NCBI GenBank assembly: GCA_015232365.1
Contig: JADFZU010000005.1
Span: forward strand, 19,683 to 83,682
Direction of reading: 5' to 3'
Length of the DNA stretch: 64,000 bases
Origin: Magnetococcales bacterium
GTDB taxonomy: Bacteria > Pseudomonadota > Magnetococcia > Magnetococcales > JADFYX01
Positions 1 through 8,166 of the stretch are shown one piece after another (the first letter of the stretch is position 1; every line of letters begins with the position of its first letter). Under the pieces are notes generated by a model that was not told where the DNA came from, ran no database searches, and saw only the letters and a program-made list of their open reading frames with translations. The position numbers were made by a program, and so were the translations under genes.

Positions 1-1030
1 TGGTGATAGCAGCAAAAGGCTTATTTTAGGCATTGATCTAGGGACATCTCTTACAGCAGTAATGTCTAACCGGGGCAAGAGAGCTTTGGTTGGTTCGGTA
101 GTTGGCTACCCTAAAGATGTTATTGCGACAAAGCTGCTCAATAGTATACTGGTAATTGGTGATGAAGCGTTAAGCAAACGCTCCTATCTCAATCTCTACT
201 TTCCACTTGAAGATGGGGTGTTGAAAGAGGCTAGTGTCACGCATACCATAGCAGCAAAAGAGCTGTTGGAGAGGGCGATTGCCGAGATTGATCCCCAGCC
301 TGGAGATCAGATATACGGTATTATTGGTGTTCCGGCTCGTGCTTCGGTTAGTAATAAGAGTCAGCTATTAAAGCTGGCTGGTGAAATGATGGACAAGGTG
401 ATGGTGGTCTCTGAGCCGTTCATGGCTGCTTATGGTCTTGAGAGGCTGACCAACGCTATTATTATAGATATTGGTGCCGGTACAGTTGATTTTTGTGCCA
501 TGAAGGGGACTGTTCCAGGTTCAGAAGATCAGATAACCCTGCTCAAGGCAGGTAACTTTATCGATGAACTGTTGGCTGCAAATATTAGCGAAGCCTACCC
601 GGATGTGCAGATTACCAAGCAGTTAGCCAAAAAGATTAAAGAGCAATACGGCTATGTGGGAGAGGTTAGAGATGATGTTATTGTCACTCTAAGGGCGGAT
701 GGCAGGCCACATAATTATGATCTTGGTCTGGAGGTGCGTGATGCATGTGCTGCTATTTTACCGGATATTTTTGAGAGTTTGGAGCAGTTAATCCAGGTTT
801 TTGACCCAGAATATCAAGAAGAGGCATTGCAGAATGTTATTCTTGCTGGGGGAGGAAGTCACATAATCGGTTTAAGAGAGGCGGTGGCTGAATTTTTACA
901 GGATTATGGTGAGGCCAATGTAGTTCGGGTCACAGATCCTGTCTACTCTGGGGCTGCCGGAGCATTAAAATTGGCTTGTGAGTTGCCGCCTGAATATTGG
1001 CATGAGGTTGGTGATGTATTTGGTGATTAG
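1..1030 (+). CDS. mamK: Actin-like magnetosome filament protein MamK (5' end lies outside the window)
   Basis: The frame of ORF 62-1030 stays open back to base 2. The upstream in-frame residues GDSSKRLILGIDLGTSLTAV supply the actin-fold phosphate-1 motif, so the listed Met is internal. Later motifs are IIDIGAGTVD (phosphate-2) and VILAGGGSHIIGL (adenosine). SVVGYPKDVI...VIGDEA...YPLEDGVL matches MamK as I remember it. mamL/mamM/mamQ-like genes follow. Confidence 0.85.
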   Translation, partial: GDSSKRLILGIDLGTSLTAVMSNRGKRALVGSVVGYPKDVIATKLLNSILVIGDEALSKRSYLNLYFPLEDGVLKEASVTHTIAAKELLERAIAEIDPQPGDQIYGIIGVPARASVSNKSQLLKLAGEMMDKVMVVSEPFMAAYGLERLTNAIIIDIGAGTVDFCAMKGTVPGSEDQITLLKAGNFIDELLAANISEAYPDVQITKQLAKKIKEQYGYVGEVRDDVIVTLRADGRPHNYDLGLEVRDACAAILPDIFESLEQLIQVFDPEYQEEALQNVILAGGGSHIIGLREAVAEFLQDYGEANVVRVTDPVYSGAAGALKLACELPPEYWHEVGDVFGD

Positions 1031-1065
1031 TACCTGAATCCGTGATGTCCTGGCAGATTCAGGTA
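1031..1065 (+). terminator. Perfect 10-bp stem-loop immediately after the mamK stop (possible intra-operon attenuator)
   Basis: tacctgaatc (1031-1040) is the exact reverse complement of gattcaggta (1056-1065), with a 15-nt loop. A T-rich tract follows (gtggttttacctttgtttatttt). Confidence 0.4.
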
Positions 1066-1132
1066 GTGGTTTTACCTTTGTTTATTTTAATAAAACAGTG
1101 TCGAGATTGTTTTCTGAGTTTTGACACTTGAA

Positions 1133-1171
1133 CCTATTTTCGGTACTAATAACTGCTTGATCTAGGTTAAA
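1133..1171. repeat. Degenerate short copy of dispersed repeat family R1 (both arms, almost no spacer)
   Basis: cctattttcggtact resembles the R1 left arm (ctagattcggcagttg). ctgcttgatctaggttaaa (1153-1171) matches 18550-18568 at 18/19 positions and resembles the R1 right arm at 3391-3410. Confidence 0.45.
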
Positions 1172-1189
1172 CAATAGAGGAATTTAGTA

Positions 1190-1411
1190 GTGGTCAGGTT
1201 AGTTGTTTCCCTGCTTTTCGCTATATTTTTGCTGATATTTGCCTCCCAGAATATGCATGAGATTGTGGTGCGTTTTGTTTTTGGCGAGCCGGTAGAGATG
1301 CCAATGATTTTGGCTGTTGCCGGTGCTTTTGTCTGTGGATTTGCTTTGGCTATTTTTACCATTCTAGTACGTAGCGGTGATAAAAAAGGTGCCGATGAAT
1401 TTGATTATTAA
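1190..1411 (+). CDS. mamL: Small two-TM membrane protein, MamL-like (LapA/DUF1049-like topology)
   Basis: 73 aa with a GTG start 9 nt after agagg. There are two hydrophobic helices and an ASQN...RF motif typical of LapA-like proteins. The N-terminus MVRLVVSLLF...ASQNMHE..RF resembles MamL as I recall it. Its position between mamK and mamM is the canonical K-L-M synteny. Confidence 0.5.
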   Translation: MVRLVVSLLFAIFLLIFASQNMHEIVVRFVFGEPVEMPMILAVAGAFVCGFALAIFTILVRSGDKKGADEFDY

Positions 1412-1429
1412 CCTGGATACTTTGCTGCT

Positions 1430-2389
1430 ATGAGGTACTCTCAATGTGTTGTTTGTAATGAGACAGTAGGCTGGATTAGCCTTATGGCTAATCTTGCTAT
1501 GTCGACACTAAAGCTGTTTATCGGAGTCATCTCTGGTTCCCACGCTCTAGTTGCCGACTCTCTCTACTCTGCCAAAGATGTTGTCACCTCATTGATCATC
1601 ATTGTCGGGCTTAAAATATCCAAGCAGCCTATTGATCAAGAGCACCCTTTTGGTCATGGTAAAATCGAGTTTATTCTGGCTTTGGTTGTTAGTCTTATTC
1701 TGGTTTTGCTTACTGGTATTCTCTTCTATTTTGCTACTGAAACCCTATTGGAAGGCAAACATACCGCTCCTCACCTTATCGCTTTGTGGACTGCACTTTT
1801 ATCTATTGCGGTAAATATCTTCATGTTCCGGTTTACCCGTTGCGTCTCCTTGGAAATCAATAGTCCGGTTGTCGGAGTTATCTCAACCCACCATATGGCT
1901 GATGGCCTATCATCAATCGCGGTGGCTTTAGGTATTATAGGCTCCCACTATCTTGGTATGCCTTGGTTGGATACGGTGGTTGCTATTGGTGAGGCTCTAC
2001 ATCTAATTTATCTTGGCGGTGATGTTTTCTGGAATGCTTTTAAAGGGTTGATGGACACTTCTGCCCCTAAAGAGACCATCGGTGAAATCAATAGAATCGC
2101 CAGAGAGTGTTCTGGAGTGGAGAGCATTGAGCAGGTTCGTACCCGTTATGTCGGCCAGGAGTTGTGGATCGATATGACCATTGGAGTCAACCCAGAGCTC
2201 TCTGTCGGTTCGGCAAAGGTTATTAGCCGTAGGGTTGAAGAGCAGTTGGCAACCCATATACCACATGTTGGAGATGTTGGCTGTCATTTTTATGCTCGAC
2301 CTGGTTCAGTGCCGGAGATGGTAGAGTTAAAGCAGGATATATTACAGTTAACTAGTGAAGATAGTGAGGAAAAACCTGAGGATCGATAA
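1430..2389 (+). CDS. mamM: Cation diffusion facilitator, MamM-type magnetosome iron transporter
   Basis: CDF hallmarks: six TM helices, HPFGHGKIEF, and a C-terminal cytoplasmic domain (RTRYVGQELWIDMTIGV). N-terminal CVVC. TM2 has ADSLYSAKD and TM5 has HHMAD, the Y-xxx-D / H-xxx-D quartet I associate with MamM rather than MamB. Blocks PHLIALWTALLSI and AVALGIIGSHYLGMPWLD closely parallel MamM. Confidence 0.75.
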   Translation: MRYSQCVVCNETVGWISLMANLAMSTLKLFIGVISGSHALVADSLYSAKDVVTSLIIIVGLKISKQPIDQEHPFGHGKIEFILALVVSLILVLLTGILFYFATETLLEGKHTAPHLIALWTALLSIAVNIFMFRFTRCVSLEINSPVVGVISTHHMADGLSSIAVALGIIGSHYLGMPWLDTVVAIGEALHLIYLGGDVFWNAFKGLMDTSAPKETIGEINRIARECSGVESIEQVRTRYVGQELWIDMTIGVNPELSVGSAKVISRRVEEQLATHIPHVGDVGCHFYARPGSVPEMVELKQDILQLTSEDSEEKPEDR

Positions 2390-2467
2390 GATACAAAATC
2401 TGTACTTTTGGTGTGATTTTTATAAAATCCCGGGAATGAATTTTAATCTTTTGGAGTTGAATAGATA

Positions 2468-3274
2468 GTGGCAGATAAAGACACATTAGAGTTGGATGAT
2501 TTGGGGCCTAACTCAGCTAATAGCGAGCGTATGCGCCGTATGAAGCGGATGATGCGTGAACTCTACAAGGATGAGTTCGAAACTAAACGGTTTCGTATGC
2601 CGCCAATCAAGGCCAGATCTTTAATTGTTTTTTTGTCATTTGCCTCTATCATCATTTTTGGTGTTACCACACTCTATAATTTCAACCGTTTTGTTAATTT
2701 GGAAGAGCGGGTTCTTAATGCTGAGGGATTTGTTGAAGCTGTTTTGCAAAGGCGGATTAATCTCTTCTCCAACTTGATAAACTTAACCCTCAACCAAGCA
2801 GCACTTGAGCAGAATATTTTTCGTCATGTAGCTAATGTACGCTCTGATATTGGCGAGGGGATGGCTAATAATCAGGCTGGTGCAGAGGTAGGAAAACCTC
2901 TACCAGAATCTGGTTCTGGAGTGGAGTCTACTGCTGGTATGGATAAAATCACCGGTGTTCCCAGCATGGCAAAACTTCTTGCTGTTGTTGAGCAGTATCC
3001 AAAAATCCGTACCTCTGTAACTTATCAGCAGTTGATGGATAAACTTGTTGAGATTGAAAACCGAATCGCCAAACGCAGGGACGAGTATAATGAGGAGGTG
3101 AGGATTTACAACACCTTGATCTCATCTTTTCCATGGTATGTTTTAGCTAGGATTACCGGATTTAAACGTCATGAGTATTTTGATCTGCGTAATGTTGATA
3201 AAGCCAAGAGATTTAAGCTTCCTGATGTCTCCAAGCATGAGTTTAAACGGTTGCTGCCGATACCTGAAAGGTAG
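2468..3274 (+). CDS. mamQ: LemA-family membrane protein, MamQ
   Basis: GTG start, one N-terminal TM helix (LIVFLSFASIIIFGVTTLY) and a LemA-type body (RINLFSNLINL..., EQYPKIRTS..YQQLMDKLVEIENRIAKRRDEYNEEVRIYNT..SSFPW). It sits directly after mamM in a mam context. Confidence 0.7.
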   Translation: MADKDTLELDDLGPNSANSERMRRMKRMMRELYKDEFETKRFRMPPIKARSLIVFLSFASIIIFGVTTLYNFNRFVNLEERVLNAEGFVEAVLQRRINLFSNLINLTLNQAALEQNIFRHVANVRSDIGEGMANNQAGAEVGKPLPESGSGVESTAGMDKITGVPSMAKLLAVVEQYPKIRTSVTYQQLMDKLVEIENRIAKRRDEYNEEVRIYNTLISSFPWYVLARITGFKRHEYFDLRNVDKAKRFKLPDVSKHEFKRLLPIPER

Positions 3275-3287
3275 CAGTGCTTTTTAC

Positions 3288-3404
3288 CTAGATTCGGCAG
3301 TTGTTTGTACGTCACTTGTACAACCTCATGATTTACCTGGCAAACCATAAAAAAACAAATATGCTTGCTATGCCATTAATGCACGTCCAACTGCCGAATA
3401 TAGG
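3288..3404. repeat. Dispersed repeat family R1, full palindromic copy (also the likely mamQ/tolA convergent terminator)
   Basis: attcggcagttg (3292-3303) is the exact reverse complement of caactgccgaat (3388-3399), with 84 nt between the arms. CTAG/TAGG flank the arms. The internal ccattaatgcacg recurs at 41321-41333, and in reverse complement with 2 mismatches at 20310-20322. Confidence 0.65.
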
Positions 3405-3444
3405 TTAGAACAAGAGCATATAACTGAAAAGGTAATGAATTTTA

Positions 3445-4359
3445 CTACTCTTCTGTAGGTCTAAAGACAAAGTCCAGTGATCGGCACTCTTTGCAGCCTC
3501 TAGGCGGAGCTTCAACAGTCGTGGTCTTATGGATGGCTCTGAGAACAGAGCGGTCGTAAATTATGTTGCCTGATCCTTGAACAATTGCGGCATTCTGTAG
3601 TGAGCCGTCCGGGCCAACCGCAACTCTAACCACAACTTCCAACTCAAACTCATTACGCAGACCGCCAGGTTTTGTCCAGTTGTTGCGAACCTGCAGTCTT
3701 AGCTTACGCTGCCACAAGGCAATGGAGAGGCGGGAGGCTTTGGGAGCCGCTTTTGGTTGAATTTTGGCAGCATCTTTTTTAGATTTGTTAAATTTGGCAA
3801 TCGCCTTGGAAAAATCTATAGGAGTAGGTTTTTTCTCAACCTTTTTTTTCTTGACTATTTTTTTCTTTACCAGCTTTTTTGGGGCTGGAGTTGCCATTGG
3901 TTTTGGTCTAACCTTAGGTTTGTGGCTGGTCATCTGCAGAGGTTTTTTTGTCTCTTCAGGTTTTTTTATCAGCAATTTTTTTGTAGTTTTAAGCGGAGGC
4001 AGTGGCTCCACTTTTGGTTCTGGTATAGGTTCAACTACCGGTAGAGGCTCAATAACAGGTTCCGGCTCCGGCTCAATAACAGGCTCTGGCTCAACAACAG
4101 GCTCCGGCTCAACAACAGGCTCTGGCTCAACAACAGGCTCTGGCTCAATAACAGGTTCCGGCTCCGGCTCCGGCTCAACAACAGGCTCCGGCGGCTTTTC
4201 TTTTAGAGGTGGGGGTGGTTCTTCTGGAAGTTGTACCAAATTGACGATTAAAGGTTGTTTTTTGTCAATTAGCGGTTTTCCCATAGGTAAATAGACCGCA
4301 ATCAAGGCGATTACAATATGGAGCAGTACCGATCCAAGAATAGATAAGCGGGAGAACAT
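3445..4359 (-). CDS. tolA: TolA-like envelope-spanning protein (N-terminal TM, Pro/Glu repeats, Lys-rich linker, TolA/TonB C-terminal domain)
   Basis: N-terminal anchor [20 protein letters not shown], then (EPxPVVEP)n repeats, a K-rich region and a C-terminal TonB_C/TolA-like fold ([33 protein letters not shown]). It follows tolQ-tolR on the same strand. Confidence 0.7.
   Translation of the reverse strand: MFSRLSILGSVLLHIVIALIAVYLPMGKPLIDKKQPLIVNLVQLPEEPPPPLKEKPPEPVVEPEPEPEPVIEPEPVVEPEPVVEPEPVVEPEPVIEPEPEPVIEPLPVVEPIPEPKVEPLPPLKTTKKLLIKKPEETKKPLQMTSHKPKVRPKPMATPAPKKLVKKKIVKKKKVEKKPTPIDFSKAIAKFNKSKKDAAKIQPKAAPKASRLSIALWQRKLRLQVRNNWTKPGGLRNEFELEVVVRVAVGPDGSLQNAAIVQGSGNIIYDRSVLRAIHKTTTVEAPPRGCKECRSLDFVFRPTEE
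4046..4189. repeat. In-frame 18-bp tandem repeat array inside tolA
   Basis: Units ggctcaaYaacaggYtcY at 4046, 4070, 4088, 4106, 4124, 4142 and 4172, interspersed with ggctcc hexamers. On the minus strand they encode [12 protein letters not shown]. Confidence 0.85.
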
Positions 4360-4363
4360 CTGG

Positions 4364-4795
4364 TTAATCAGGTGACTCGGTGACCAGACCGATTTTTTCG
4401 ATGCCAGCCTGTTGTAGATTAGCCATTACCTTCATGACCGCACCATATTCAGCCTTTTTATCTCCACGAACATAGACCGGAAGATTAGGGTTTGTTTTAC
4501 GAATTCTGGCAATTTTATCCTTTAGTTCAGAGATGGTGACCGGATTTTGTTCAATAAAAGCGGTTCCGTCATTGGCAACTGTTACCACCAGTGGTTCGCT
4601 ATTGCTTCCTATGGCTCCGGCCTTTGCTTTGGGTAGGTTTACTTCAACTCCCTGGGTCATAAGAGGGGCAGCTACCATAAAGATGATCAACAGTACCAGC
4701 ATGATATCAACCATAGGTGTTACGTTGATATCGCTCATTGCTTGATAGTTATTATCGGAACCACCACTACCATCAAGGTTTACCCCCATGCTCAT
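4364..4795 (-). CDS. tolR: TolR (ExbD/TolR family)
   Basis: [23 protein letters not shown] signature of ExbD/TolR. 143 aa. Overlaps the tolQ stop by 4 nt. Confidence 0.85.
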   Translation of the reverse strand: MSMGVNLDGSGGSDNNYQAMSDINVTPMVDIMLVLLIIFMVAAPLMTQGVEVNLPKAKAGAIGSNSEPLVVTVANDGTAFIEQNPVTISELKDKIARIRKTNPNLPVYVRGDKKAEYGAVMKVMANLQQAGIEKIGLVTESPD

Positions 4796-5496
4796 GATAG
4801 ATCCTCCACGCGGCGAGAGGCTTGTCGTTCTAAAATGTTAAGAAACTCCGCCCCGAAATTATCTAGCTTTTGCTGAAGGCGTCTCATATCAGTGGCATAT
4901 TTATTATAGGCCATAACTGCTGGAATAGCTGCTACCAGACCCATTGCTGTAGCGATAAGTGCCTCGGCAATGCCTGGAGCCACCATGGTTAGAGTGGTGG
5001 TTTTTGCTCCAGCCAAACCTCTAAAGGAGTTCATGATTCCCCAGACTGTACCAAACAGGCCGATAAACGGGCCGGTGGAGCCTACTGTTGCCAGAAAGGT
5101 CAAGCCCTGTCCAACATTGTCCATCTCTCTATTGAGAGCAACGGTCATGGCACGACGAACATTGGGAAGTATCTCTCCTACCTCAGGGTTGTGCTTGCTG
5201 TCGCTTGTCCAGCGTTTCCACTCCCGAAATCCGGTAACAAATACAGCAACAATGGGACTTCCTGGCCACTCGGTAGCGGCAGTTTTATAGAGGCTGGCAA
5301 TGTTGCCTCCACTCCAGAATCTCTCTTCAAACGCAGTGACCACCTTTTTTATTTTTCTAAAGAGCAACCATTTGTGGAGAATAATTCCCCAAGAGGTCAT
5401 TGAGGCAGCCAGTAAGAGCAGCATTACCAGCTTAACTACCGGACCAGCCTGGGCAACCAGATCCCAAATGCTGTGTGAAGCTATGACATCGTTCAT
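4792..5496 (-). CDS. tolQ: TolQ (MotA/TolQ/ExbB proton channel)
   Basis: Three TM helices and the conserved C-terminal block GLTFLATVGSTGPFIGLFGTVWGIM...VAPGIAEALIATAMGL. Confidence 0.9.
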   Translation of the reverse strand: MNDVIASHSIWDLVAQAGPVVKLVMLLLLAASMTSWGIILHKWLLFRKIKKVVTAFEERFWSGGNIASLYKTAATEWPGSPIVAVFVTGFREWKRWTSDSKHNPEVGEILPNVRRAMTVALNREMDNVGQGLTFLATVGSTGPFIGLFGTVWGIMNSFRGLAGAKTTTLTMVAPGIAEALIATAMGLVAAIPAVMAYNKYATDMRRLQQKLDNFGAEFLNILERQASRRVEDLS

Positions 5497-5593
5497 AAGG
5501 TATAAAACTCCCCAATCATTAATCTATAACCCTAGGCGCGTGCTTCTAACCGCTATTTCTAGGATAACCAATACCTGAACTAGAAATGCTCAA

Positions 5594-6010
5594 TTACAGA
5601 GTCATTGATTCAGGCAATAATGAGAGAAACTCTTGCGGCATTCTGGTCGGCTTGAATTTATCATTGAGCATAGCAATTTTAACAGATGCTCGAACCAACA
5701 CAGAATCATCAGCCTCTCTCTCTATCTTTTGTCTCAAGTTTATGCTGGCTCTCCCCCTTTTGACCAGTGTTACTGAAACTTTGATCTTATCATCAAGCCG
5801 GGCTGGGGCCAAAAATTTAACATCCATTGCGGTTACCGCAAATACCAACCCCTTTTCAGTAGCCAGCTTTCTCTGACCAAAGCCCATTTTGCGTAGCCAC
5901 TCAGTTCTGGCCCTCTCCATAAAATTTAGATATTTGGAGTGATAGACGACACCACCTGCATCAGTATCCTCATAATAGACCTGGATAGGCCAGATAAAGT
6001 TTTTGTCCAT
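5594..6010 (-). CDS. ybgC: Tol-Pal-associated acyl-CoA thioesterase YbgC (4HBT family)
   Basis: VYYEDTDAGGVVYHSKYLNFMERARTEWL hot-dog thioesterase motif. Located between ruvB and tolQ. Confidence 0.85.
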   Translation of the reverse strand: MDKNFIWPIQVYYEDTDAGGVVYHSKYLNFMERARTEWLRKMGFGQRKLATEKGLVFAVTAMDVKFLAPARLDDKIKVSVTLVKRGRASINLRQKIEREADDSVLVRASVKIAMLNDKFKPTRMPQEFLSLLPESMTL

Positions 6011-7054
6011 TTAGAGAAGAACTCCCTGCTCATGATGGGGAACTTTTCGGCCCAAATGGTGGTAAGCTGCCGGAGTTGCTCTCCGCCCTCTTGGGGTGCG
6101 GTCTAAAAGCCCCTGTTGCAGCAGATACGGCTCTACCACATCTTCAATAGTATCTCTGGTTTCACCGATAATTGCCGATAATGTATCCAGCCCCACCGGA
6201 CCACCAGCAAACTTATCTATAATCGCCAACAACAGGCGACGGTCCATACTGTCCAGGCCCCGGTCATCTACCTCTAGAAGTCCTAGAGCTTTATCGGCTA
6301 CCTCTTGGTTGATGTGTCCCGGCCCTAAAACATCAGCAAAATCCCGGACCCGTTTTAATAGGCGGTTGGCTATACGTGGAGTTCCCCTGGACCGTCTTGC
6401 AATTTCTGTAGCCCCGGACTCATCCGTGCCAATATTTAAAATGGTGGCTGAGCGGTTGATAATTTCTGCCAGTTCCGCGGCAGAGTAGAACTCCATTCTG
6501 GCAAGAATACCAAAGCGGTCTCTAAGTGGGCTGGTGAGCATTCCAGCTCTTGTTGTTGCACCGATCAAGGTGAAATTGGGTAGATCAATTTTAATGGAGC
6601 GGGCTGATGGTCCTTCACCAATCATAATATCCAGTTGATAATCTTCCATGGCTGGATAGAGAATCTCCTCTACTGCTGGACTAAGGCGGTGAATCTCATC
6701 AATAAACAGGCAATCACCAGGCTCCAGGTTGGTCAGCAGGGCTGCTAGATCTCCAGCTTTCTCAATTATAGGTCCAGAGGTTGTGCGTAGCCCTGACTCC
6801 ATCTCGGCGGCAATAATTTGTGCCATGGTGGTTTTGCCAAGACCTGGAGGGCCATAAAGCAGTAGGTGGTCCAGGGCCTCTCCACGCCCTTTGGCAGCGT
6901 TTAAAAAAACTGTCAAGTTGGTTTTTAACTGTTGCTGACCGATAAATTCTGTCAGTCGTCGTGGGCGAATATAGGACTCGTTAAGTGGTTCACCCATCTC
7001 TCTATCTGCCGAGATTAGCCGTTGCTGTTCTTCATCTTCGTTAAACACGCTCAT
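6011..7054 (-). CDS. ruvB: Holliday junction branch migration helicase RuvB
   Basis: Walker [10 protein letters not shown], Walker [10 protein letters not shown], and the RuvB C-terminal winged helix ([10 protein letters not shown]...[16 protein letters not shown]). Confidence 0.95.
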   Translation of the reverse strand: MSVFNEDEEQQRLISADREMGEPLNESYIRPRRLTEFIGQQQLKTNLTVFLNAAKGRGEALDHLLLYGPPGLGKTTMAQIIAAEMESGLRTTSGPIIEKAGDLAALLTNLEPGDCLFIDEIHRLSPAVEEILYPAMEDYQLDIMIGEGPSARSIKIDLPNFTLIGATTRAGMLTSPLRDRFGILARMEFYSAAELAEIINRSATILNIGTDESGATEIARRSRGTPRIANRLLKRVRDFADVLGPGHINQEVADKALGLLEVDDRGLDSMDRRLLLAIIDKFAGGPVGLDTLSAIIGETRDTIEDVVEPYLLQQGLLDRTPRGRRATPAAYHHLGRKVPHHEQGVLL

Positions 7055-7671
7055 TTAGCCAAAACCTTCAAAGCTCCACGAATGCCCAGGCCAACGTTAT
7101 CTATATCATCGGAGAGGCTAGCCCGAACAGCCCGTTCCGCCTCAGTTCGTTTATAACCTAGATTAACCAGTGCCGAGATTATCTCTTCACGGAGGGAGGC
7201 TGGAGGTTGCGGGGCAATTTTTCCTGTTGTTCCAGCCCCACCTGGCAGTTTTTCCGGCATAGTGGCATAGGCTGGAATTTTATCCCGCAGATCTATGATA
7301 ATACGCTGTGCAGTTCTTTTGCCCACACCGGGAACTGTTGATAGTTGGGCTACATCTTGCCTGGCAATTGCAGCAGCAAGCTCTTCTGGCGGCAAGGTTG
7401 ACAGAGCAGCCAAGGCCAGTTTTGTACCTATACCGTTAACATTATTTAAAAGACTGAAAAAGTTTTTCTCTGCAGGAGTGAAAAAACCATAGAGATGAAA
7501 AGCATCTTCACGGACATTGGTAATGATGAGTAGCTGGGTGATCTCCCCTGTCTCAGGTAGTTTTTCAAATGTGGAGATAGGAATGAAGACCCGGTAGCCA
7601 ACTCCACCAACATCGAGAATAATCTCTCCCGGCTCTTTGGAGATGATGCTGCCTCTAAGGCTGGCTATCAT
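7051..7671 (-). CDS. ruvA: Holliday junction DNA-binding protein RuvA
   Basis: MIASLRGSI...VGGVGYRV start, HhH motifs ([26 protein letters not shown]) and a C-terminal domain III. Confidence 0.9.
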   Translation of the reverse strand: MIASLRGSIISKEPGEIILDVGGVGYRVFIPISTFEKLPETGEITQLLIITNVREDAFHLYGFFTPAEKNFFSLLNNVNGIGTKLALAALSTLPPEELAAAIARQDVAQLSTVPGVGKRTAQRIIIDLRDKIPAYATMPEKLPGGAGTTGKIAPQPPASLREEIISALVNLGYKRTEAERAVRASLSDDIDNVGLGIRGALKVLAK

Positions 7672-8165
7672 CGTTTGGCTCCTTTTATTATATTAAGCCT
7701 TGGTGTGCTGTTGATGTGGCACATAGCAACTGCTAAAGCATCTGAGGCATCTTCCGATGCTGTTTTTGGAAGTGATAACAAAATTTTAACCATCTCTTGT
7801 ACCTGGGCTTTTTCTGCTCGACCATAACCAACAACAGATTTTTTTACCTGTAGGGCTGTATACTCATGTACCGGCAGCCTCCCTTGACTGATTGCCGCAA
7901 TAGCCACTCCACGGGCATGGCCGAGTTTTAGTGCACTCTGAACATTGCGTGAGACAAAAACCTCTTCCACAGAGGCGGTGGTTGGCTGGTGCTCTAAAAT
8001 TATCTTTGAGAGACTTTTGAAAATATTACCCAACCGCTCTGGGAGTGGGGTTTTGGCCTGAGTACGTATACAACCGTTAGCTATATGGTAGAACTTTCTA
8101 TCTCTAAATTCGACAATACCCCAACCGGTAACTACTGTGCCCGGGTCTATTCCCAATACTCGCAT
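7668..8165 (-). CDS. ruvC: Crossover junction endodeoxyribonuclease RuvC
   Basis: MRVLGIDPG...GWG catalytic start and DASDALAVAMCH near the C-terminus. I place the start at the ATG at 8165, 2 nt after the yebC stop, rather than the TTG at 8174. Confidence 0.9.
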   Translation of the reverse strand: MRVLGIDPGTVVTGWGIVEFRDRKFYHIANGCIRTQAKTPLPERLGNIFKSLSKIILEHQPTTASVEEVFVSRNVQSALKLGHARGVAIAAISQGRLPVHEYTALQVKKSVVGYGRAEKAQVQEMVKILLSLPKTASEDASDALAVAMCHINSTPRLNIIKGAKR

Positions 8166-8166
8166 G

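Noticed and set aside
1-13. The 11-mer tggtgatagca occurs at the window start and again at 37334-37344
   Set aside because: The match is short, does not extend on either side, and lies in unrelated coding contexts. Treated as chance.
3764-4294. 176-aa plus-strand ORF rich in GSGSTTGS repeats (and the 3757-4044 ORF)
   Set aside because: It is the antisense reading of the tolA EPVVEP repeat array. Low complexity, no start context, and fully contained in a well-supported gene.
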